Source: an uncultured Candidatus Peribacteria bacterium
GTDB taxonomy: Bacteria; Patescibacteriota; Gracilibacteria; Peribacterales; Peribacteraceae
Direction: 5' to 3'
Assembly: GCA_964515125.1 (NCBI GenBank)
Contig: CAZEUQ010000001.1
Span: 1-29,669, forward strand
DNA: 29,669 bases
The translations under genes were made by a program, and so were the position numbers. Below the pieces are notes generated by a model. The model ran no database searches and was not told where the DNA came from. It saw nothing but the letters and a program-made list of their open reading frames with translations. Shown here piece after piece: positions 16,019 to 22,629 of the stretch. Each line of letters starts with the position of its first letter. Within the stretch, counting starts at the first letter, position 1.

Positions 16019-18369
16019 GCAGATTTGAGCAGAGCCACCATTTTACCATGCACGGGCAGAACATCTGCTTCTGTGAGCGTGCGGTCTGGTGCACGGTACG
16101 TAAATCGCAGTGTAATGCGCTCATCATCACCGCGTTTATACAGATCCACCGTTTCGACGTGTGCAAGCAGGGGATCCTTTAGTGTACGAAGGAGGGAGCT
16201 CATAGACGTCCCCTTTTTGAGGGAGAGCGTTTCGTCGTACGTCACAGACGGGAACGGCGGGAGCGCAGATGTCGCCATAGTGAGGGGTACACATGCGAGG
16301 AGTGTATCGCAGTTGAGTGCAGCACATGCAACGGGATGATCAAATCCGAACGTATGCTGGATCTGCGGATGGAGTGTCGTGATGGTGCCGATCTTCTTCC
16401 CATCGACAAACATATCTGCTGTTTGTCCAGGATGCATCCATGTTGTTTCCGCTTTTTCTCGTATGAAAGTAACCATGTGACCTGCACGTTTGAGCGCTTC
16501 TGCAAGATCACGTTTGAGGAGAAGAAAAGGATGATGCAGAAGGCCCGGTTCGCTTTTGGTCGCAAGAACGCAGGTGAGTTCCTTTTGCTCGGAGCAATCT
16601 GCACGAAAGATATTTCCTACTTCAAATGCCAAAAGACGATTTCGCTGTCTCGGCAGTTCACGCTTCACGACATCGAGGAGAGAAGGAAGCAAGCTGGGAC
16701 GCATGAGGGAGAGCTCTTCCCCAAGTGGATTTTGAATAGCCGCTGCCGCTCTGGGGTCCAACCCTGCCTTCCTAAGAAGATCGGGACTCACGAATGCAAG
16801 GTTCACGAGTTCTATCCATCCATCCTCTTTGAGCGATGCACGAATACTCTTCATGCGAGCATCCCGCGGCGGAGGAGCAATGTCCGCCTGTGGCATGCTT
16901 TTTTGTATTTTGTTGTAGCCGAAGATGCGTGCAATCTCTTCAATCATATCCGATGTTTCGACGAGGTCATGCTTTCTGTGCAGCGGTGTTTTTACCGTCA
17001 GTTTTTTTGCAGACCCAGTTACCGTGCAGCCAAGGCTTGTCAGAATATCTTTTATTTTCTTCTGTGGAATGGCTTCGCCAATCATGCGTTCAATCGTTGC
17101 TGTTTCAACGGGCAATGTTTTGGGCGTTCCGTTCATTCCCCACGTTTTCAGTTTGGATGTCACGCGTGCACCGGGGACGAGTTCTAAGAAAAGCTCCAAT
17201 GCGCGGTAGAAACCTTTTTCGGCCGTGACTGGCGGAATATCTTTCTCGTAGATTGTTGCGGCATCTGTCCTGTGTCCCGTTGCGATAATGGCTTTGCGAA
17301 TACTTGCGCCATCCACAATTGCGCTGTGAAGATAGATAGTGCGCGTGGAATCCTTTGTGCTGCTGCGTTGACCACCCATAATGCCAAGGAGATCGAAAAT
17401 GCCGTCATCATCACTCAACACGATCGCACCATCCGGCAGTTCACGTTTCACACCGTCGAGTGTTGTGATCGACTCTCCTTTCTTTGCCGTTCGCGCTGTG
17501 ATGGTTCCGCGTAGATCGGATACATCAAAACTATGCAGTGGCATACCCTGTTCGTATTGCACATAATTGGTGATGTCGATCGGCAGATTGATGGATCTGC
17601 AACCGCACGCGGCGAGGCGATCTTTCATCCACTGTGGCGTTTCACCGGTGCTCTCAAAGGTGATAGTGCAGCCAAGGTAGCGCGGGATCAATTTTGGAAT
17701 TGTCGATTTTATGCCAAACGGAAGGGGAGTAGAGGGAAACTTTGGCGCCTTTGGTTCCTTTATTTTTTTCCACAGAGCAAGACCCAGTGCAACGCATTCG
17801 CGTGCAACGCCCATGTGTGAGAACAAGTCGGGACGGTTCGTAATAGCGTGGTTATCAATATGAAAAATCACATCATGCATCTGGAGTGCCTGCTTGAGTG
17901 GTGTGCCAACCTTCAAATTCATCGAAGTGAGATCAACAATGGGTCTTTCACCATCCGTTGTCTTCGGCTCAAACGGAAGTTCCAGTTCTTCACTTGCACA
18001 AATCATGCCTTCACTCGCTTCTCCGCGGATTTTCACAGGAGCAAGTTCCATCACCTCTCCACCGTGCCATTTCACTTGTGCACCGATGTGTGCAAATGCA
18101 ACAAGCATACCCTCTCGCAGGTTTGTTCCGCCGCACACCACGCGCTTCATTCCTTTATCCGTCTGTACATCCACCAGCGTGAGCTTATCTGCATTTGGGT
18201 GTTTCATGAGTTTCTCAATTTTGCCTACGCAGCATTGCGCTAAGAATCTTCCTTGCTCTTCAATATCATCAATCTCGCCCATGCCCTTCGTGAGGGCATC
18301 GGCAATCTTCTTCGGATCATCCTCTTTCCAGGTGATGAAATCGGAGAGCCAGGTTTTAGAGATTTTCAT
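16015..18369 (-). CDS. pheT: Phenylalanyl-tRNA synthetase beta subunit
   Basis: MKIS..WLSDF, HPNADKL, VVCGGTN, SEGMICA..EL, ITNRPDL, D.TNYV, NPL.EE.SLMR.SLLP.LL, FDX-ACB tail. Confidence 0.97.
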   Translation of the reverse strand: MKISKTWLSDFITWKEDDPKKIADALTKGMGEIDDIEEQGRFLAQCCVGKIEKLMKHPNADKLTLVDVQTDKGMKRVVCGGTNLREGMLVAFAHIGAQVKWHGGEVMELAPVKIRGEASEGMICASEELELPFEPKTTDGERPIVDLTSMNLKVGTPLKQALQMHDVIFHIDNHAITNRPDLFSHMGVARECVALGLALWKKIKEPKAPKFPSTPLPFGIKSTIPKLIPRYLGCTITFESTGETPQWMKDRLAACGCRSINLPIDITNYVQYEQGMPLHSFDVSDLRGTITARTAKKGESITTLDGVKRELPDGAIVLSDDDGIFDLLGIMGGQRSSTKDSTRTIYLHSAIVDGASIRKAIIATGHRTDAATIYEKDIPPVTAEKGFYRALELFLELVPGARVTSKLKTWGMNGTPKTLPVETATIERMIGEAIPQKKIKDILTSLGCTVTGSAKKLTVKTPLHRKHDLVETSDMIEEIARIFGYNKIQKSMPQADIAPPPRDARMKSIRASLKEDGWIELVNLAFVSPDLLRKAGLDPRAAAAIQNPLGEELSLMRPSLLPSLLDVVKRELPRQRNRLLAFEVGNIFRADCSEQKELTCVLATKSEPGLLHHPFLLLKRDLAEALKRAGHMVTFIREKAETTWMHPGQTADMFVDGKKIGTITTLHPQIQHTFGFDHPVACAALNCDTLLACVPLTMATSALPPFPSVTYDETLSLKKGTSMSSLLRTLKDPLLAHVETVDLYKRGDDERITLRFTYRAPDRTLTEADVLPVHGKMVALLKSA

Positions 18370-18417
18370 GGGAGTAGCGTAGCGTGAGGTGGGCGTTCTT
18401 GCCACAGGGGGAAAATT

Positions 18418-18476
18418 CGAAGCACGAAGCATGAAATCCGAAATTTTCGGATTTCGATATTCGGATTTCGGATTTA
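18418..18476. repeat. Inverted heptamer array (CGAA / TTCG type), copy 1
   Basis: cgaa-gcacgaa-gcatgaa-atccgaa-att-ttcggat-ttcgata-ttcggat-ttcggat-tta. Confidence 0.85.
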
Positions 18477-18899
18477 TTCTTTTATCTCAAACTGCAATGC
18501 CCTCGCATCTCCATTCGTTTCGTCCCCAACCTTGACGACCATGGTGTAACTGCCAGCCGGCCAGTCCGATTCCTTTTCCAGTTCAAACTTTGCAAGATTT
18601 AAGTTGGGGCTTGCCGTCACGGAATATGATGTGAAGTAGTTTTTGTCATCACCGTACTTCCAGAAGGCAACTACGGGGATGTCCTCTTTTACGTTTTCAA
18701 TTTCCGCATTAAAGAGGATATGCCGGTCTGTTGTCTTGAAGGTGGTCACCGGATTTTCAATCTGCTCCTGCGCGCTGCGCGAGAGACCTGCCGAGATTGC
18801 TCCAACAGTGGTTTCTGGTGTTCCTTTTACCTGGCCAGAGACAGAGGCTTGGCAGGCGGTTAAGAGAAGAATGGCCGACGCAAGAATGAGCTTCTTCAT
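18474..18899 (-). CDS. Putative lipoprotein with a beta-rich, Ig-like domain
   Basis: Lipobox-type N-terminus MKKLILASAILLLTAC; beta-strand pattern with WPAGSYTMVVKVG and a terminal FEIKE. Confidence 0.75.
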   Translation of the reverse strand: MKKLILASAILLLTACQASVSGQVKGTPETTVGAISAGLSRSAQEQIENPVTTFKTTDRHILFNAEIENVKEDIPVVAFWKYGDDKNYFTSYSVTASPNLNLAKFELEKESDWPAGSYTMVVKVGDETNGDARALQFEIKE

Positions 18900-18950
18900 G
18901 CCACAAGGATATAACAGGTGATTGATGAAAAGAAGACAGAAAACAGTGTG

Positions 18951-19040
18951 TGGCGGAGAGGGGGGGATTCGAACCCCCGAGACCCTTGCAGGTCTACACG
19001 CTTTCCAAGCGTGCGCACTAGGCCACTATGCGACCTCTCC
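18951..19040 (-). tRNA. tRNA-Ser(GGA)
   Basis: Acceptor stem GGAGAGG/CCTCTCC, anticodon arm CACGC-TTGGAAA-GCGTG, long variable arm, GGTTCGAATCC T-arm, encoded CCA; 90 nt. Confidence 0.97.
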
Positions 19041-19083
19041 TGATGTAGCCGCGGAAGTATAGCGAAAGAACCATTTTCAAAAA

Positions 19084-19126
19084 AACCAATAACGAATAAC
19101 CAGTCAACCAATCAACCAATAACTTA
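19084..19126. repeat. Single-arm 7/8-mer array (AACCAAT(C) type)
   Basis: aaccaat-aacgaat-aaccagtc-aaccaatc-aaccaat-aac, abutting the rpmB stop. Confidence 0.75.
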
Positions 19127-19333
19127 CACCGCCCTTCCCTCACCCATCCTTTTTGCCAATGTCCTTAAGTACGAGGTCGCTACCTTCATCGTTCTGTATG
19201 TTCCTGTTTGAGGGTCAAACACACGCTTCTTTTGGATGTTCGCACGAAACACACGGCGTGTTGCACGCAGCGAGTGGCTGCGGCGGTTGCCCGAAGAGTT
19301 TCCTTTGCCGGTTTTGACACATCGATGAGCCAT
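19124..19333 (-). CDS. rpmB: 50S ribosomal protein L28
   Basis: MA.RC..TGK....GN.RSHS...T.R.F..N.QKKR. Confidence 0.95.
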   Translation of the reverse strand: MAHRCVKTGKGNSSGNRRSHSLRATRRVFRANIQKKRVFDPQTGTYRTMKVATSYLRTLAKRMGEGRAV

Positions 19334-19342
19334 TGGGAGGGT

Positions 19343-19371
19343 ACTTTAAAGGTACTTTCAGGGTCGGTCAA
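19343..19371 (-). promoter_or_regulatory. Sigma70 promoter of rpmB
   Basis: TTGACC (19371-19366), a 17-nt spacer and TAAAGT (19348-19343), 9 nt before ATG. Confidence 0.75.
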
Positions 19372-19394
19372 TGGTTTCCTTGCTCGCTAGGAAA

Positions 19395-19453
19395 GCACGA
19401 AGAACGAAGCGCGAAACTCGAAATTTTCGGATTTCGTACTTCGAGTTTCGAAT
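19395..19453. repeat. Inverted heptamer array (CGAA / TTCG type), copy 2
   Basis: gcacgaa-gaacgaa-gcgcgaa-actcgaa-att-ttcggat-ttcgtac-ttcgagt-ttcgaat. Confidence 0.88.
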
Positions 19454-19474
19454 TTTCATCGGTACGATGATGCT

Positions 19475-20140
19475 ATGGAATTTCTCACACCCCCTTTCAT
19501 CATCGCCATTCTTCTCGCGCTCTCGTGGCACGAGGCTGCACATGCGCTCATCGCGTATCGACTGGGAGACCCCACGGCGAAGTACGAAGGACGACTGACA
19601 CTCAATCCTATCGCGCATTTGGATCCCATTGGGACACTCATGTTCCTCTTCATCGGCTTTGGATGGGGCAAGCCTGTCCCCGTGAATCCGCGGTACTTCA
19701 AGCATTACAAGCGAGATACGGCCCTCACGGCACTGGCAGGGCCCGTGAGTAATCTCATCCTCGCGTTCGTTGCATTTTTCTTGCTCGCATTCTTCTTCCC
19801 CGCAGCACTCACGGGATCCGTTGATGCATTGGTGCACCCTGTTAGTGGGGGAATCGCCTGGCAAAAATTTCTTGTGGAGATCCTTGCGAACTCACTCTTC
19901 CTCAATCTTGGTTTGATGGCATTTAACTTACTTCCTATCGCTCCGCTCGACGGCAGTAAAATCATTGCACCATTCATTCCTGTTGGCTTTGATGAAGCCT
20001 ACGAGAAATTTCTACGTCAGGGTCCGTTTATTCTTCTTTTCCTTCTCGTTGCAGAACGGGCATTCAACTTCCCGTTTTTGATTTACTGGATCGAGGGGAT
20101 TATGAATGGGGTGCTCTCATTGATGAGTGTGTTCGTTTAG
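19475..20140 (+). CDS. Site-2 protease, M50 family
   Basis: HEAAH, GDPTA..EGRLTLNP.AHLDP.G, GWGKPVPVN, AGP.SN, FNLLPIAPLDG. Confidence 0.95.
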   Translation: MEFLTPPFIIAILLALSWHEAAHALIAYRLGDPTAKYEGRLTLNPIAHLDPIGTLMFLFIGFGWGKPVPVNPRYFKHYKRDTALTALAGPVSNLILAFVAFFLLAFFFPAALTGSVDALVHPVSGGIAWQKFLVEILANSLFLNLGLMAFNLLPIAPLDGSKIIAPFIPVGFDEAYEKFLRQGPFILLFLLVAERAFNFPFLIYWIEGIMNGVLSLMSVFV

Positions 20141-20781
20141 TTATTGCCGTGTAAATCTAGTCCGGCGATGACCGCTTGTATCCACTCCTCATTTGAAACA
20201 TCTAAAGCGGGAGAATCGTTTCCTGCTAGATCTGTTGCTCCGATATCATCAATATCTTCGGATAAGATTCCATCTGGAAAGAATGCAAATGTCTTCACAC
20301 AGGGAATTTCATCAGGACCTTTATCAAGATATTCGCCAAGACTCAATACCCTTGAACTTGTTGCAGGAGAAGATTGGTATCGATCATAGATCTCGAATAT
20401 AAATGCATGTTCTTCTCTTGAGATATGCACCTCGAATTCGAATCCGCGCACGGTGACATATCGCACGATTGATTCTGAATTTCTCATAGCTTCCCCCAGT
20501 GTCACAAAAAGTTGAGGATCTGCTATTGTATAGAGCAAAGCATTGACAGGTACGTTCGATTTTCCTCTTACGGCGATGAAAATATCTTGAGCAACTTTCT
20601 TTTGATTGCTTCCTTCAAGAATTCTGTAAACAAGATGTCGCTCGTCTCCAAAAAGATGTTCCATCTCAGGAAAATGTTCGATGCCATCTATTACATCTAC
20701 ATTGTCCGCAACTTCCTGGAGCAGCTCTACATCATCGTTCTCTTCGAGAAGATGAAAGGCAACGAAGGTTTGCTTTGTCAT
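20137..20781 (-). CDS. Hypothetical acidic protein, low GC
   Basis: 214-aa ORF filling the gap exactly, with a candidate promoter (TTGACT, 16-nt spacer, TAAAGT); no recognisable motif. Confidence 0.7.
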   Translation of the reverse strand: MTKQTFVAFHLLEENDDVELLQEVADNVDVIDGIEHFPEMEHLFGDERHLVYRILEGSNQKKVAQDIFIAVRGKSNVPVNALLYTIADPQLFVTLGEAMRNSESIVRYVTVRGFEFEVHISREEHAFIFEIYDRYQSSPATSSRVLSLGEYLDKGPDEIPCVKTFAFFPDGILSEDIDDIGATDLAGNDSPALDVSNEEWIQAVIAGLDLHGNN

Positions 20782-20823
20782 AGTATTGATACTTTATAAG
20801 AAATTTTATTTAAGTCAATTCCA

Positions 20824-20898
20824 TGGAGCCGCTGACGGGAATTGAACCCGTGACCCCCTCCTTACCATGGAGGTGCTCTACCCCTGAGCTACAGCGGC
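20824..20898 (-). tRNA. tRNA-Thr(GGT)
   Basis: Acceptor stem GCCGCTG/CAGCGGC, anticodon arm CCTCC-ATGGTAA-GGAGG, T-arm ACGGG-TTCAATT-CCCGT, encoded CCA; 75 nt. Confidence 0.97.
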
Positions 20899-20932
20899 CT
20901 AAGTGCGTGGAAGTTTACAAGTCCTCTATGCT

Positions 20933-21334
20933 CTACGAAAGCATCTCTGTCCAGCTTCTCTCTTTCCCTCCTTTTGCCTTCCGTACGGCATTCTTCATGG
21001 TATGCAGCGCAAGCAGCGCACACTTCACACGCCGTGGGCCAACGGGTACGCCGAGGAGGTCATTCATGAACGTTGGCTTCAATTGATCAATCTCTTCCAG
21101 ATTTTTGCCAATCCATTCTTCGCTTGCCATCGACATGCCTGCCTGACTGATGGCGCAGCCGTCGCCGCTCCAGCCAATCTGTTCCACCTTTCCGTTGTTG
21201 ATGATCAATTCAATCGTCAATTCATCGCCACAGCTGGGGTTTATCTCTTTGTGGACAATCGTCGGATTTTGAAGAGACACCTTTCCCCGTGGGTGCCGGT
21301 AGTGGTCGAGAATATTCTCTGCGTAGAGGTCCAT
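20933..21334 (-). CDS. sufU: SufU/NifU-type Fe-S assembly protein
   Basis: LY.ENILDHY.HP, NPSCGDE, GCAISQA, R.KCALL. Confidence 0.93.
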   Translation of the reverse strand: MDLYAENILDHYRHPRGKVSLQNPTIVHKEINPSCGDELTIELIINNGKVEQIGWSGDGCAISQAGMSMASEEWIGKNLEEIDQLKPTFMNDLLGVPVGPRRVKCALLALHTMKNAVRKAKGGKERSWTEMLS

Positions 21335-21341
21335 AAGGAGG

Positions 21342-22580
21342 TTATTGGTTGATTCGTTGGTTAGTTCTTAGTTTGCCGATTGCCTTCTGTAATGCAGTAG
21401 CGAAAAGGTCGAGATCTTCCATCGTGTTGTAGATCCCAACCGAGAGACGAGTTGAAGCAGGGATCTTCAGATGTTTATGAAGAAGCTGCGCACAATGATG
21501 TCCTGCCCGAAGCATCACTCCTTCCTCGCTCAACAGTTGCGTAAGGTCATGAGGGTGGATGTCGTCGATGGTAAAACTGATGCAGCCGGAGATCTTGGAG
21601 GGATTACTTGGGCCTAATACGTTGATTGGTTGATTGGTTTTTAGTTTTTGGAAAAGATCGAGAGCATGTGTAAGAAGTGAGTGCTCATGTTTTTGAATTT
21701 CATCGAAGCCGATGGAATTGATCCACTCGATTGCTGCCCGTAGTCCGACCGCCTCTGCAATAGCGGGAGTGCCTGCTTCAAATTTTCGCGGAAGTTCCGC
21801 ACACAAAAAACCATCTGCGCGTACATCGGCAATCATATCGCCACCACCGAGAAACGGAGGCATGGTATCAAGGAGTTCCTCCTTACCATACAGTACCCCG
21901 ATTCCCGTCGGACCATACATTTTATGGCCAGAGAAAGCTAAAAAATCGCAATTGAGTTTTTGTACGTCAATCGGTTCATGGGCAGCCATTTGTGCGGCAT
22001 CAATCATCACAACTGCGCCTTTCTTTTGTGCAAGATCAATCATCATTTCAATCGGTTGCCTTGTTCCAAGTACATTGCTTACAGCAGAGACGCTCACGAG
22101 CTTCACAGGATGATCTGTGAGGATTTTTTTGTAGTGATCCAGATCGATCATTCCTTCATCATCAATGTCTACCCATTCAATCTGTACACCAATCTCATCT
22201 TTCAGTTGCAACCACGGAACAATATTTGAATGGTGTTCGAGGATCGTGAGAACAATGACGTCGCCTTTTTTGAAGATTGATCGTGCATATGTCTTCGCAA
22301 CAAGATTGATACTCTCCGTCGTGTTTCTCGTAAAAATCACTTCATGCGACTTCTTTGCATTGATGAATCTCTGTACCGTCTTCCGTGCATCGTCGTACGC
22401 AATGGTCGCCGCCTCTGCCAGTTTGTGGACGCCACGATTGATATTCGCGTTCGATGTTGTGTAGAACTGGTCCATGGCATCCAGCACGGCTTGAGGTTTC
22501 TGTGTTGTTGCGGCGTTATCCAGATAGATCACGCCGGACTCAAGAAGAGGGAATTGCCGGCGAATGACATTCAGATCCAC
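21342..22580 (-). CDS. sufS: Cysteine desulfurase, SufS type
   Basis: YLDNAATTQKP, NINRGVH, EHHSN.VPW, FSGHKM.GPTGIG, RAGHHCAQ. Start moved to GTG 22580 (MDLNVIRRQFP). Confidence 0.96.
   Translation of the reverse strand: MDLNVIRRQFPLLESGVIYLDNAATTQKPQAVLDAMDQFYTTSNANINRGVHKLAEAATIAYDDARKTVQRFINAKKSHEVIFTRNTTESINLVAKTYARSIFKKGDVIVLTILEHHSNIVPWLQLKDEIGVQIEWVDIDDEGMIDLDHYKKILTDHPVKLVSVSAVSNVLGTRQPIEMMIDLAQKKGAVVMIDAAQMAAHEPIDVQKLNCDFLAFSGHKMYGPTGIGVLYGKEELLDTMPPFLGGGDMIADVRADGFLCAELPRKFEAGTPAIAEAVGLRAAIEWINSIGFDEIQKHEHSLLTHALDLFQKLKTNQPINVLGPSNPSKISGCISFTIDDIHPHDLTQLLSEEGVMLRAGHHCAQLLHKHLKIPASTRLSVGIYNTMEDLDLFATALQKAIGKLRTNQRINQ
21621..21639 (-). repeat. AACCAATC octamer tandem inside the sufS coding sequence
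   Basis: Minus strand aaccaatc-aaccaatc-aac encodes (K)TNQPIN; the unit matches the intergenic arrays at 19084 and 28833. Confidence 0.6.
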
Positions 22581-22605
22581 ATCTTTTATCTTACATCTTC
22601 TGTCT
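22581..22605 (-). repeat. Single-arm heptamer array forming the sufS promoter region
   Basis: Minus strand agacaga-agatgta-agataaa-agat-GTG, containing TAAGAT 7 nt before GTG. Confidence 0.55.
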
Positions 22606-22629
22606 CCATCCGGTACTCTAAGAACCTCT

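Noticed and set aside
10561-17187. Long alternative-frame ORFs (10561-11556 +, 11990-12859 -, 12351-13064 +, 16336-17187 + and similar)
   Set aside because: They are shadow ORFs overlapping well-supported genes, with Ser/Arg-rich, motif-free translations.
18370-18432. N-terminal extensions of pheT (and similarly ftsX, ndk, M16, sufS, ctpA, recO, GT-C and GT4-2) given by the ORF track
   Set aside because: The extensions run through promoters, repeat arrays or neighbouring genes; family N-termini begin at the downstream starts used here.
20137-20898. Prophage or integrative element at tRNA-Thr
   Set aside because: No integrase and no duplicate of the tRNA 3' end near 20140; only one atypical gene, which is kept as a finding.
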